A DNA stretch of 64,000 nucleotides from an uncultured Ignavibacteriales bacterium (GTDB lineage: Bacteria; Bacteroidota; Ignavibacteria; Ignavibacteriales; Melioribacteraceae). Below the pieces are notes generated by a model. That model did no database searches, was not told the DNA's origin, and saw nothing but the letters and a program-made list of their open reading frames with translations. Both the position numbers and the translations under genes were made by a program. Where the stretch lies: NCBI GenBank assembly GCA_947311785.1, contig CAMZLW010000079.1, forward strand, positions 4,016-68,015, given 5' to 3'. Shown in pieces: positions 40,204-51,169 of the stretch (positions are counted from its first letter, which is position 1; each line of letters begins with the position of its first letter).

Positions 40204-40336
40204 AAACACACCCCTTAATCCCCTCTCAAGTGGGGAAATATCCATCCCGCAAAGCGGGATGGCACAAAAAGTCCTCTCTTGAGACGCTGAGGCTCTCAAA
40301 GTAGGAGAAGATGCTTTAGCATCAGGGGGGGTGTAA
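40204..40336. repeat. GC-rich REP/MITE-like palindromic element
   Basis: acacccc...ggggtgt termini; cccctctcaag and ctctcttgaga inner arms; internal hairpins ccatcccgc/gcgggatgg and gatgct/agcatc. Confidence 0.7.
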
Positions 40337-40404
40337 AAATATTGATGAAGCAAAACCCCTTAAATCTGCATTATAGCAGTGTAAGATAGAAAATAATACT
40401 TGTT

Positions 40405-42165
40405 CTACTTTCTCTTTTTTCGTTTTGCTCGATAATTTCCTCTATTGTTTTTCCATTTTTTTTCACCCATAGAGAATTCTTTTTTAGCAACAGCAATATT
40501 TTTTTGCAAAGTTGTTTTTGCAATATCTTTTTCAACAAAAAGTTTCTTACCTGTAAAAGGGTCAATTTCAGTATAATACATTAGCGTTGAATATGTTGAA
40601 GGCGTTGGTGTAAATACTTGCACTTGCTCTGGAGATATTGATAGTTTTGATGAAGTAAATTCTTTTAATTTGTGCATATCGCTTTCGGTGCAACCTGGAT
40701 GTGCGGCAATCATGTAGTAAGTTAAAAATTGATTTTTACCAACCTCCTTTGAATACTGATAAAACTTATCTCGGAACTCTGTTAAATATCTTTTGCCAGG
40801 TTTTCCCATTAGCTCTAGAACTTTATCTTCCGAATGCTCGGGGGCAATTTTTAATTGCCCTGATGTATGGTGCTGCACAATCTCTTTTAGATATTCATTA
40901 CCATATTGTTTATCATCCAAAACCATATCGTATCTAATTCCAGAAGCAACAAATACTTTTTTTATTCCATCTAACTTGCGTATTTTTTTTAGCAAATCAA
41001 TTTGTGGCTTATGTGTAGGCTTTAATGTTTTACAAGTGGATGGAGCAACACATCGCTTGTCATCGCAACTACCTAACTTTAGTTTTTTAGCACATTCAAA
41101 TCCATACATATTTGCAGTTGGACCGCCAACATCCGAAATATTTCCTTTGAAATTTTTCATTTTGGCGTATTCTTTCGCTTCGTTGATTATAGATTTTTCA
41201 CTTCGCCCACTAATCGTTTGCCCTTGATGCACAGCAATGGCACAGAAATTACACTCGCCGTAACATCCGCGATGTGTATTTATTGAAAATCTAATTGTAT
41301 CTAATGCTCTAACACTACCATCTTTTCTGTAGTAAGGATGCGTTTCACGTTCGTATTTTAAGTCGTGATAATAATCCATTTCTTCTGTAGTTGGATTATA
41401 TTGTGGTGGGTTTTGGATCAAAAATCGTTCACCATGTTTTTGCACTAATCCTTTTGCAGAGAGTGGATCGTTATTCAGATAAAAAGTGTCAAACATTTCT
41501 ATAAATTTATATTTGTCTTTAACAGTTTCTTCAAAAGATGGAAGTTGAAGATATTTGTAATTGTTCTCGTTGGAAATATATGATAATCCACGAACCCCAA
41601 TGATACTCTTACCTTTTTGCAATTTAGTTGCAATTTCAATTGTAGTCTTTTCGCCCATTCCATAAACAAGGTAATCTGCTTTTGAATCAAAAAGTATTGA
41701 ACGGCGTAGTTTGTTACTCCAATAATCGTAGTGAGCAACACGTCTTAGGCTCGCTTCAATTCCACCAATAATTATTGGTTTTGTATTTTTGAAATTTCGG
41801 CGAATCAGATTTGTGTAGGTCATTACTGCCCTATCTGGACGTTTGTTGTTTTCACCACCAGGTGTATAGTCATCCTGTTTACGTCTCTTTTTTGATGCAG
41901 TATAATTGGAGACCATTGAGTCAACACTTCCGCCAGATACACCCCAAAATAATTCTGGCTCGCCAAGTCGAGTAATATCAAATGCCGAGTTAATATCTGG
42001 CTGTGCAATAATTCCAACGCGAAAACCTTTATCCACAAGTATATTGCCAAGAATCGCAATTCCCATGTATGGGCTATCCACATACGTATCGCCACTAATT
42101 AAAACAATATCAAGCTTGTTCCAGCCAAATTCTTTTAGATCTTTTTTTGTTGTGGGTAAAAACAT
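40405..42165 (-). CDS. YgiQ/UPF0313 family radical SAM protein
   Basis: MFLPTT, GD.YVD.P, GGIEASLRR.AHYDYW, CYGECNFC, APEH and QVFTPTP motifs. Confidence 0.95.
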   Translation of the reverse strand: MFLPTTKKDLKEFGWNKLDIVLISGDTYVDSPYMGIAILGNILVDKGFRVGIIAQPDINSAFDITRLGEPELFWGVSGGSVDSMVSNYTASKKRRKQDDYTPGGENNKRPDRAVMTYTNLIRRNFKNTKPIIIGGIEASLRRVAHYDYWSNKLRRSILFDSKADYLVYGMGEKTTIEIATKLQKGKSIIGVRGLSYISNENNYKYLQLPSFEETVKDKYKFIEMFDTFYLNNDPLSAKGLVQKHGERFLIQNPPQYNPTTEEMDYYHDLKYERETHPYYRKDGSVRALDTIRFSINTHRGCYGECNFCAIAVHQGQTISGRSEKSIINEAKEYAKMKNFKGNISDVGGPTANMYGFECAKKLKLGSCDDKRCVAPSTCKTLKPTHKPQIDLLKKIRKLDGIKKVFVASGIRYDMVLDDKQYGNEYLKEIVQHHTSGQLKIAPEHSEDKVLELMGKPGKRYLTEFRDKFYQYSKEVGKNQFLTYYMIAAHPGCTESDMHKLKEFTSSKLSISPEQVQVFTPTPSTYSTLMYYTEIDPFTGKKLFVEKDIAKTTLQKNIAVAKKEFSMGEKKWKNNRGNYRAKRKKRK

Positions 42166-42211
42166 TGTTTCCTAAAATTTGTTTTTCAAAAATAGGGAAA
42201 AATATATAGGC

Positions 42212-42796
42212 TTATTCACTTAATACCGTCATTAAGTGGAGGAAAAAACTTGACGAAATTTGTGGAATAGACTCAATTTGCTCTAATGGAATTCTTTTAC
42301 TCAATTTAATAAAAAAATTATTTTTGATTAATTCTTTGTGCTGTAAATCCAATTTTACATAGTTATCTTTTCCGTAATGGTATTCCCAAGGTGTTTTGCC
42401 TACGCATATATAGATATCTTGATGCAAGAGCATATCAAAATTGGATATTAATTTTGCTCTGTGTAACTCCAAATACTCTCCTTGTAAATGAAGTGTTGAA
42501 CTGAAAAAATTACCCCACCAAAACATAGTTCTATATGCAAACACATTTTCTTTTTCAAAAATTCTTGGAAGGTCTAATGTAACAAATGGAAGTTTTCTAT
42601 AATATTCACCTTTGAATACACGCCCATTGTATAATTCGGTTTCAGATATAAGATGAATGTTCTCTTTCTCTATTGCTTCAACTATTCTTTTTTTAGTATT
42701 TTCAAAAAGAATAACTATCTCAGAAATAATTTTAACTTTGGTAATTAAAAAGTCAGTCTCTTCAATCATTGCTAATTCTTTATTTGACAAACTCAT
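42212..42796 (-). CDS. Hypothetical protein
   Basis: 194 aa with conserved-looking motifs KGEYYRKLP..LDLPR, RTMFWWG and PWEYH. Confidence 0.75.
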   Translation of the reverse strand: MSLSNKELAMIEETDFLITKVKIISEIVILFENTKKRIVEAIEKENIHLISETELYNGRVFKGEYYRKLPFVTLDLPRIFEKENVFAYRTMFWWGNFFSSTLHLQGEYLELHRAKLISNFDMLLHQDIYICVGKTPWEYHYGKDNYVKLDLQHKELIKNNFFIKLSKRIPLEQIESIPQISSSFFLHLMTVLSE

Positions 42797-42808
42797 TTTA
42801 GAACCTTT

Positions 42809-43399
42809 CTATTTAAAATATTTTTTTAAAATACTTTCAATTCTGTCAGCCATTGTTTCAAGCGTATCAGTTTCTTTAACCTCAGTGTTATCAAGCAAAT
42901 CTCCTATTTCATTAATTTTATCGCTCAAAAAATTAAATTTTTCTTGAAGTTTTATTGAATCGTTAGTCTCCCAATATTCGCCTTCATCCGTAACATTTAA
43001 GTTAAAAATATATTTTGACTTAATATATCTCAACAATTTAATTATCGTAATATGAACAGCAACGGGAGCAAACTGGGTTTTAACAAAATCGGAAGATACA
43101 TTTAATTGGTCATCATCTCTAAAAACTACAGATAATATATTTTGAATAGTTCCATCCTTATCAAAGTAAAAAGATAATGGCTCAACATCTTCGTGAATTT
43201 CTAGTGCTATCCCTCGCAGTGGAATATGCCCAACGATGGTTCCATTTTCAAAACGAGATGTATTTGGTTCATTAATATCATTATCTAAAAGATTATACTG
43301 CCACCCCATATCCTTTGCAATATCCTTAATTTCGTAGCGGAAATCTTCTAATTGATTAATACTATTTAGTTTACCACCATAATGAATTGTTATACCCAT
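42809..43399 (-). CDS. Hypothetical protein
   Basis: MGITIHY.G...KTQFA...DEGEYWET; start set at ATG 43399 after AAGG. Confidence 0.75.
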   Translation of the reverse strand: MGITIHYGGKLNSINQLEDFRYEIKDIAKDMGWQYNLLDNDINEPNTSRFENGTIVGHIPLRGIALEIHEDVEPLSFYFDKDGTIQNILSVVFRDDDQLNVSSDFVKTQFAPVAVHITIIKLLRYIKSKYIFNLNVTDEGEYWETNDSIKLQEKFNFLSDKINEIGDLLDNTEVKETDTLETMADRIESILKKYFK

Positions 43400-43589
43400 T
43401 TTCTTACCTTTATTTTTTATGCATTTAAAGATAATTCTTTTGGTTACAAATTTTGCCATATAATTTTTAATTATTCCTTCTTATTTTGGATAAACAAATT
43501 CAAAGTACATTTATGTTTAGCTTCCTTTATCTTTGAAATAGAAGGCACTTTTCAGTAACTTTGAAGTTGTTAAAATTTAGGAGAAGTTG

Positions 43590-46500
43590 ATGTTACAAAG
43601 TTTATTAAAGAAGATATTTGGCGATAGAAATGAAAAGGCATTAAAGGAATTATGGCCTGTTGTTGATGAAATTAAAAGTGAATATGAAAAAATAAAACTT
43701 TTAAGTGATGATGAGTTAAAAGCGAAAACAATAGAATTTAAAGAGAAGATAAAAGAGCATACTCTTGAGACCCAAACCCAGATTGATGAAATTAAATCTA
43801 ATTTGAAAGCTGATGATTATGACGGCGATAGATTAGGGCTTTATGACGAGTTAGACGAATTGAAAAAAAACTTGGATGAAGAATACGAAGATATTTTAGA
43901 TGAACTTTTACCAGAAGCATTTGCCGTTGTAAAGGAGACTTCCAAAAGATTAGTGGGCAAATCTTGGGATGCTGCTGGATATAGCATTACTTGGGAAATG
44001 GTGCCTTACGATGTTCAGCTACTTGGTGGCGTTGTGCTTCATCAAGGAAAAATTGCAGAGATGGCTACTGGTGAAGGTAAAACTCTTGTTGCAACAATGC
44101 CAATTTATCTTAATGCCCTTACTGGGCGTGGGGTTCACGTTGTTACAGTAAACGATTACCTTGCAAAACGTGATAGCGAATGGATGGGTGAAGTTTTTAA
44201 ATATCACAATTTAACTGTTGGATGTATTCTAAACACAATGGACCCTGAGCAACGTAAAGATATGTATGCACGAGATATTACATACGGAACAAACAACGAA
44301 TTTGGTTTCGATTATCTTAGAGATAACATGGCAACATCTGTAGAAAACAGAGTACAAAGAGTTCATAACTACGTAATTGTAGATGAGGTAGATTCTGTTT
44401 TAATTGATGAGGCTCGAACACCTTTAATTATTTCAGGAGCTGTTGGTTCTACAGACCAAAAGTTTGATGAGATGAATCCTAAAGTAGAACGCCTTTTAAG
44501 AAAACAAACCGCACTTGTTGCAGAACTTGTTAAAGAAGCAGAGGAGATGCTTTCTGCAAAAGATGGGAACAAAGATGAAGCTGGCAAAGCTCTTTTACGT
44601 GCTAGTCGTGGATTACCTAAAAACAAAAGATTAATAAAATTACTAAATGAGCCAGCATATCAAAAACTACTTAACTCAACCGAGTTAGAGTTTTTAAGAG
44701 ACAATGCAAAACAAATGCCTGAGATAGATGAATACCTTTATTTTGCAATTGATGAAAAGCAAAACTCAATTGACCTTACAGAGAAAGGGCGTGAAGAACT
44801 TGCTTCTGGTTCTACAGAAGGAAAAGAATATTTTGTATTGCCCGATTTAAGTGATGGGATTGGTAATATTGATAGCGATACTTCCCTTTCACTTGAGGAA
44901 AAGATGAAACGTAAAGACGCACTTTATCATCTTTACGGTGAACGCAGTGATAGGATTCACACATTAAACCAATTACTTAAAGCCTACACTCTTTTTGCTA
45001 AGGACGATCAATACGTAATTACTGAAGATGGTAAAATTGCAATTGTTGATGAATTTACTGGGCGTGTACTTCCTGGACGTAGATATTCTGATGGACTTCA
45101 TCAAGCAATTGAGGCTAAAGAAAGAGTAAAAGTTGAACGAGACTCACAAACCCTTGCTACTATTACGCTTCAAAATTATTTTAGACTTTATAAAAAAATT
45201 GCTGGAATGACTGGAACGGCTGAAACTGAAGAGGGTGAGTTCCACGAAATTTATAAACTTGAAGTTGTAGTTGTACCAACAAACAAACCAATTATACGTG
45301 CCGATGAAGAGGATGCAATTTATCGTACACGTAGAGAAAAGTATAATGCAGTAATCGAAAAAGTTAAAGAACTTCAAGCAGCTAAACGTCCTGTTCTTGT
45401 TGGAACTGTAAACGTTGAGGTATCTGAAACATTGAGTAGAATGCTGAAACGACAAGGTGTTCAGCACAATGTGCTTAATGCTAAAAAACATAAAAGTGAA
45501 GCAGAAATAGTTGGCTTTGCTGGTCAACCTGGTGCCGTAACAATTGCAACAAACATGGCTGGTAGAGGAACAGATATTAAACTTGGTGCAGGAGTTAAAG
45601 AGAAAGGTGGTCTCTATATTCTTGGAACTGGTCGCCATGAATCACGGCGTATAGATAGGCAGTTGCGTGGACGTTCTGGTCGCCAGGGTGATGCTGGAAC
45701 ATCCAAATTTTACATCTCACTTGAAGATGATTTAATGCGTTTATTTGGTGGCGATAGAGTTACTTCCATTATGAGCAAGCTAGGCATGGAGGATGGTGAA
45801 GCTATTGAACATTCCATGATTACAAAATCTGTTGAACGTGCACAGAAAAAAGTTGAAGAAAATAACTTTGCAATTCGTAAACGTCTTCTTGAATATGATG
45901 ATGTAATGAACCAACAGCGCGAAGTTATTTATAGCAAACGTAGCCAAGCACTTGAAGGAGAAAGATTAAAAGACCAAGTGTTTAGCGACCTTGACGAATA
46001 CGTTGATATATTATTGGACAAATACTACGAGAATGCATTAATAGAACAGCTTCGCGAAGATTTAATGCAGCACCTTTTGGTAGATGTGAAAATTGACCCC
46101 GCAACATATCAGGATATGGGGCGAGATGGTATTAAGAAACTTATTCTTGAGGAAGCACATAATTTCTATAATCACAAAGAAGAAATGCTAACTCCAGAAG
46201 TAATGGCTAGACTTGAGCGTTTTGCAGTGCTTCACGTTATTGATGAAAAATGGAAAGACCACTTACGTGAAATGGATGATTTGAAGGAAGGAATAGGATT
46301 GCGTGCATACGGACAAAAGGACCCCCTTCTTGAATATAAAGGTGAAGCATTCAAATTATTTATGACGCTGGTTGAAGAAATTAGAGACGAGATAGTTTCA
46401 TTCTGTTTCAAATTTTTTCCACAGCAACCAGATGAGATACAGCAAAGACGTATTCCAGTTCAGCGAATGAATATGGTAAAAGATAATGCTGGTAATATGG

Positions 46501-46646
46501 GCTTGCAAGGTGGTGGCGGAGATGACGAAGGTGCAAAACGTGGGAAACAACAACCAATTAAAGTTGAAGCAAGAATTGGACGTAATGACCCTTGCCACTG
46601 TGGAAGCGGTAAAAAGTATAAACATTGTCATGGTAAAAATGGTTAA
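43590..46646 (+). CDS. secA: Preprotein translocase subunit SecA
   Basis: MATGEGKT, DEVDSVLIDEARTPLIIS, NMAGRGTDI, QLRGRSGRQGD and C-terminal SEC-C CHCGSGKKYKHCH. Confidence 0.98.
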   Translation: MLQSLLKKIFGDRNEKALKELWPVVDEIKSEYEKIKLLSDDELKAKTIEFKEKIKEHTLETQTQIDEIKSNLKADDYDGDRLGLYDELDELKKNLDEEYEDILDELLPEAFAVVKETSKRLVGKSWDAAGYSITWEMVPYDVQLLGGVVLHQGKIAEMATGEGKTLVATMPIYLNALTGRGVHVVTVNDYLAKRDSEWMGEVFKYHNLTVGCILNTMDPEQRKDMYARDITYGTNNEFGFDYLRDNMATSVENRVQRVHNYVIVDEVDSVLIDEARTPLIISGAVGSTDQKFDEMNPKVERLLRKQTALVAELVKEAEEMLSAKDGNKDEAGKALLRASRGLPKNKRLIKLLNEPAYQKLLNSTELEFLRDNAKQMPEIDEYLYFAIDEKQNSIDLTEKGREELASGSTEGKEYFVLPDLSDGIGNIDSDTSLSLEEKMKRKDALYHLYGERSDRIHTLNQLLKAYTLFAKDDQYVITEDGKIAIVDEFTGRVLPGRRYSDGLHQAIEAKERVKVERDSQTLATITLQNYFRLYKKIAGMTGTAETEEGEFHEIYKLEVVVVPTNKPIIRADEEDAIYRTRREKYNAVIEKVKELQAAKRPVLVGTVNVEVSETLSRMLKRQGVQHNVLNAKKHKSEAEIVGFAGQPGAVTIATNMAGRGTDIKLGAGVKEKGGLYILGTGRHESRRIDRQLRGRSGRQGDAGTSKFYISLEDDLMRLFGGDRVTSIMSKLGMEDGEAIEHSMITKSVERAQKKVEENNFAIRKRLLEYDDVMNQQREVIYSKRSQALEGERLKDQVFSDLDEYVDILLDKYYENALIEQLREDLMQHLLVDVKIDPATYQDMGRDGIKKLILEEAHNFYNHKEEMLTPEVMARLERFAVLHVIDEKWKDHLREMDDLKEGIGLRAYGQKDPLLEYKGEAFKLFMTLVEEIRDEIVSFCFKFFPQQPDEIQQRRIPVQRMNMVKDNAGNMGLQGGGGDDEGAKRGKQQPIKVEARIGRNDPCHCGSGKKYKHCHGKNG

Positions 46647-46654
46647 TGGAGTAG

Positions 46655-46996
<342 letters not shown>

Positions 46997-47027
46997 TAGT
47001 AATACTTTTTAAAACAATTTGAAGTAA

Positions 47028-49313
47028 ATGAAAATTCTTTTAACAAAATATCTATCTCTTTTATTTCTATTCCTATTGCTTAGTAGCTGTGGGATGTGGA
47101 GTAATTTTACTGCGTATTACAACAGATTTTATATTGCCGAATCGGCATTTGAAGAAGGCGAAGAAGATATTGCACTAAACCAAGAAAAACCTCTTTTCCA
47201 ATTTAAAGAAGAGAAACTTCCAGCAAAAGCAAATAAAAACTTTGATACAGTCATAAAATTCTCATCTAAAATTTTACAATTTAATCAAGATTCAAAATAT
47301 GTTGTTGAGGCAATTTATATGATTGCAAAAGCATATTACTATAAAGCTCAGTATAACAAAGGGCTACGTAAGTTTATTGAGTTAGATAAACTTAATGATA
47401 AAGACTATGGGCTATCAGCAAAACTATGGATTGCAAAATGCGAATTGCAAATGAGAAACTTCCAAGCTGGGCTAGAACATCTCAATCAAGTTAAAACTTT
47501 AGCATTAAAAAATGAAGATGAAAATATTTTATTCCAAGTTTATGTTTCTGAGATTAGCTATTTAATTTATCGCGAAGAATACTCAAAGGCTGTTACAAAA
47601 ATTGAAGAGCTAGCTAATCAAAATTTGGAAGATGAAGTAAAAAGTGAGGTAACATACGAACTTGGAATGTTATATATATCACTAGAAAATTATGAGAAAG
47701 CTGTTAGTGCATTTGAACGTGTTGAAGAGGGTGAGCCAAATTTTGAAATTGAGTTTAAGAGCAAACTTGAATATGCAAAAGCAATAAAGCATTTGGATAG
47801 GGAAGATGAAGCATTAGATAGATTAAATTATTTACGCGATAATACTAAATACGAAAAGTATTGGGATATAATTGATTTAGAAATTGCTCAAATTGAATTA
47901 GAATCAGGAAATGTTGAAATAGCATTAGATATTTTTTATTCCATAGATACTGGCTATACTAAAGATGAAAGTAGTGGTATTGCTGCCTTTATGCAAGGGG
48001 ATATTATGGAGCATATCTATATGGATTATGATAGTGCTAAAATTCTTTACGAAAAAGTTGCAACAAAAAAAGCTCCTAAAGAATATAAAATTGAGGCTCG
48101 TGAAAAATCTAATTTGCTGAAGCAACGTAGTAAACTAACTGAAGAAATATTTACATCAATTAAAGGATATAATTATTTAATTGATACTCTTTTATATAAA
48201 TCGGATTCTCTTGCCTATGCTGGTTACGAGAGTAGAAAAGACTCTGCAATGCAAGTAGCAAACGAACTGAAGGGAGAAAATAGCAGTACCGAGAATGAGA
48301 CTAAAACAAGGCTACGAGGTGCAAGTCGTGGAACATCAAAGGCATTAAAAGATCAATTTAAATACGAAGAAGATTCTCTTTTTACCTACAAGCCAATAAT
48401 GCCTCTTATCTCTCTTGATTCCATACGCAATAAAATTGCAAGCAGTAAGTATGAATTGGGTAACTTATATTTTTCCGATTTAATTGTCCCAGATTCTGCA
48501 TACTTCTATTATCGGGATGTTGTAAATAATTACTCAGACACTAAGTATCAAGCCAAAGGTCTTTATGCTCTTGGAAGTTATTATTTAACGGTGGATAAAA
48601 AACAAAAAGCCGATTCTCTTTTTCAATTTGTTTACGATAATTTTAAAAGTGATCCTGTTGCAAGAGTGGCTGCCATTCGGCTTGGCATTACAATGGAAGA
48701 GCAAAGTTCCGACCCAGCTTTAGAAAAATATTATGTCGCTGAAAATTTAATTGAACAAGAAAAATACTATGATGCGATTGAGGAACTAAATTCAATATAT
48801 AATGATTTTCCTAAGTCGCAATATTCTTCAAAAGCACTCTATTCTATTGGTTGGATTTATGAGAACAAACTATCCGATTATGAAGGAGCAGTTCAATACT
48901 ACGATACACTTAAAGCAAAATATCCTAAAACGGAATATGTAAGAGAGGTTAGTTCCAGGCTATCATTTTATCACCAAGAATTAAAAGCTTTCCAAGATTC
49001 GGTTGCTCGAGTTCACAAAGCAATTGCAGATAGCATTAAGGCAGACAGCCTAGCACAGTTCAAACTTGATTCCTTAGCCAATGCACCAATTATTGATTCT
49101 GTTGCAATTTCAGATTCAAACTCAATTATTGACTCCACATCTATTGTAGATTCAACTGCAAGTATTGATTCAACCACTTCATCAATTGTTGATACAACCA
49201 AAAATATTTCTGATTCAACCCTTACCAAATTTAAGATGGATGAAAATATTTTGGACAGTACAAAAAACAAAGTTCAGTTGAAACGACGTAAATTACCCGT
49301 TGGGGATAGGTGA
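47028..49313 (+). CDS. TPR lipoprotein, PorW/SprE-like
   Basis: LLSSC lipobox, TAYYN.FY N-terminal motif, multiple TPRs, YELGNLY. Confidence 0.7.
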   Translation: MKILLTKYLSLLFLFLLLSSCGMWSNFTAYYNRFYIAESAFEEGEEDIALNQEKPLFQFKEEKLPAKANKNFDTVIKFSSKILQFNQDSKYVVEAIYMIAKAYYYKAQYNKGLRKFIELDKLNDKDYGLSAKLWIAKCELQMRNFQAGLEHLNQVKTLALKNEDENILFQVYVSEISYLIYREEYSKAVTKIEELANQNLEDEVKSEVTYELGMLYISLENYEKAVSAFERVEEGEPNFEIEFKSKLEYAKAIKHLDREDEALDRLNYLRDNTKYEKYWDIIDLEIAQIELESGNVEIALDIFYSIDTGYTKDESSGIAAFMQGDIMEHIYMDYDSAKILYEKVATKKAPKEYKIEAREKSNLLKQRSKLTEEIFTSIKGYNYLIDTLLYKSDSLAYAGYESRKDSAMQVANELKGENSSTENETKTRLRGASRGTSKALKDQFKYEEDSLFTYKPIMPLISLDSIRNKIASSKYELGNLYFSDLIVPDSAYFYYRDVVNNYSDTKYQAKGLYALGSYYLTVDKKQKADSLFQFVYDNFKSDPVARVAAIRLGITMEEQSSDPALEKYYVAENLIEQEKYYDAIEELNSIYNDFPKSQYSSKALYSIGWIYENKLSDYEGAVQYYDTLKAKYPKTEYVREVSSRLSFYHQELKAFQDSVARVHKAIADSIKADSLAQFKLDSLANAPIIDSVAISDSNSIIDSTSIVDSTASIDSTTSSIVDTTKNISDSTLTKFKMDENILDSTKNKVQLKRRKLPVGDR

Positions 49314-49379
49314 AATAAGAATCTATAATACTCTACAATTCGTGTTCAACATCCAACAAAATTTATTACGGTTTTATAA

Positions 49380-50033
49380 ATGAATAAAAAAAACCTAAAA
49401 AACATAATTGCCAAGGGCGAAAATTTAACAACTGAATTTAAACAAAGATTTTCCACACATACCAAAATTGCGAAAGAGATAATTGCCTTTGCAAACACAA
49501 AAGGTGGTTTGCTTATTTTTGGAATTGACGATGATGGTTCAATATATGGTGTGGAAAGCGAAAAGGAAATTGCAGAACTACTAAAAGAAACAACAGAGGA
49601 ATACTGCGAACCCAAAATTGATTACAAATTAAATTTCATAGAAATATTTGGACGCGAAATTGTTGTTGCCGAAATTAAAGAATCGGACTATAAACCACAC
49701 CGTATTCAAGATTATGAAAGAACGCTTGATTTAACTAAAGCCGAAGTATATGTGCGTGTTAACGATAAAAGTATTCCAGCAAGCAAAGAGATGATTAAAA
49801 TTCTGCAGGCCGAAAGCAATAATTCAAGGTTAGCAAAATATTCAATAGGCAAAAATGAAGAGATCGTTTTTGAATACTTACAAGAAAATGATTCAATTTC
49901 TGTAGTAGAACTAAAGGGGTTGGCAAACATTTCACACAGAAGAGCCTCGCGTACACTAATTAAAATGGTACGAGCAAATTTATTATACATTCACACAAAA
50001 GAGAACGGACAATCCTTTTTTACTGGATTGTAA
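49380..50033 (+). CDS. AlbA_2 (Schlafen-like) domain protein with C-terminal HTH
   Basis: GENLTTEFK, AFANTKGG.LIFGIDDDG and YVRV motifs. Confidence 0.85.
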   Translation: MNKKNLKNIIAKGENLTTEFKQRFSTHTKIAKEIIAFANTKGGLLIFGIDDDGSIYGVESEKEIAELLKETTEEYCEPKIDYKLNFIEIFGREIVVAEIKESDYKPHRIQDYERTLDLTKAEVYVRVNDKSIPASKEMIKILQAESNNSRLAKYSIGKNEEIVFEYLQENDSISVVELKGLANISHRRASRTLIKMVRANLLYIHTKENGQSFFTGL

Positions 50034-50044
50034 AGGCGAAAGTG

Positions 50045-51160
50045 TTAGAATAAAATACAAACAGGAGTTGGTGCTTTTACTTTGGAAATATAAGTTAATA
50101 AGCCAGTTGCCTTCTTGCGTTTGAACGAAACAATATTATTTGTATGTTGATTTGCAACAAGTAGATAATTGTTATCAGGCGATAATGAAAAATTTCGTGG
50201 ACCATCGCCCCTTGTTGGTTCGTCTCCTATTAGATTCAAAACTCCAGCATATTTATCAACCTCAAAAATTGCAATACTGTTATGCCCTCTGTTGGAGGCA
50301 TATAGAAAATTCCCATCATTAGAAATATGAATATCAGCACAAGTATTAGACTCAGAAAAATTTATAGGGAGAGTTGAAATAGAAAATCCCTTTTTATATT
50401 TGCCAGAATCTAAAATAATAATTTGTGTTATAGTTGAGTTAAGTTCATTTGCAACATAAAAGTATTTTCCGTTTGGATGAAAAGCCAAATGTCTCGGCCC
50501 CGCACCATTACTCATCGTAATGCTATTTTGCTCAAGTAAAACTAATTTGTTAGCTACACTATCTATTTGCGAAAATATAAGTTCGTTAGTTCCTAAATCG
50601 ATAGAAACTACTTTATTACTATTTGGTTGAAACCAAACTGAATGTGCATGCGGTGCCTTTTGTCTATTAGTCCCTCCGTTTCCGTAGTGTTGCTGTATAT
50701 CTAACAAATTACTGATTTCGCCATTACTATTTAGTTTTAGTAACCCAACATTTCCACCAGTATAATTAGCGATTAATATAAAACCAGATTTATTAATAGC
50801 TACAAAACAAGGGTGAGCACCACCAGAAGAACTTCGGTTAATAAATTTTAAACTGTCATCAGCAATTAGAAACGATTCAACAGAGCCAACACCATTTTCA
50901 TTAATTTCGTTAATGGCTAATAAAAAATTTTTGTCGTAAGATATTGTTAAAAATGATGGATTATCAGATTTTGCAGCTAAACCAGTTTGTTTAAGTTTGC
51001 CATCTTTTTGTAAAGTATATTTGTAAATTCCTTGGCTATCCCCATTTGTATAAGTCCCCACATAAAACGAATATTCTGTTTCCTTAACCATTTCTTTTAC
51101 CTTGTTTGTGTTGCAACTTAAAAATAGAAGTATAGAAATTATTGCTATATAAACTTTCAT
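50045..51160 (-). CDS. Lactonase family beta-propeller (6-phosphogluconolactonase-like), lipoprotein
   Basis: VGTYT, ANY.GG, RQ.APHAH, GPRH, SNRGH and PRNF motifs; FLSC lipobox. Confidence 0.9.
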   Translation of the reverse strand: MKVYIAIISILLFLSCNTNKVKEMVKETEYSFYVGTYTNGDSQGIYKYTLQKDGKLKQTGLAAKSDNPSFLTISYDKNFLLAINEINENGVGSVESFLIADDSLKFINRSSSGGAHPCFVAINKSGFILIANYTGGNVGLLKLNSNGEISNLLDIQQHYGNGGTNRQKAPHAHSVWFQPNSNKVVSIDLGTNELIFSQIDSVANKLVLLEQNSITMSNGAGPRHLAFHPNGKYFYVANELNSTITQIIILDSGKYKKGFSISTLPINFSESNTCADIHISNDGNFLYASNRGHNSIAIFEVDKYAGVLNLIGDEPTRGDGPRNFSLSPDNNYLLVANQHTNNIVSFKRKKATGLLTYISKVKAPTPVCILF

Positions 51161-51169
51161 AATTATTCT

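Noticed and set aside
40168..40353. 61-aa ORF containing SPLERGLRGV
   Set aside because: It is a translation of the palindromic repeat element, not a credible gene
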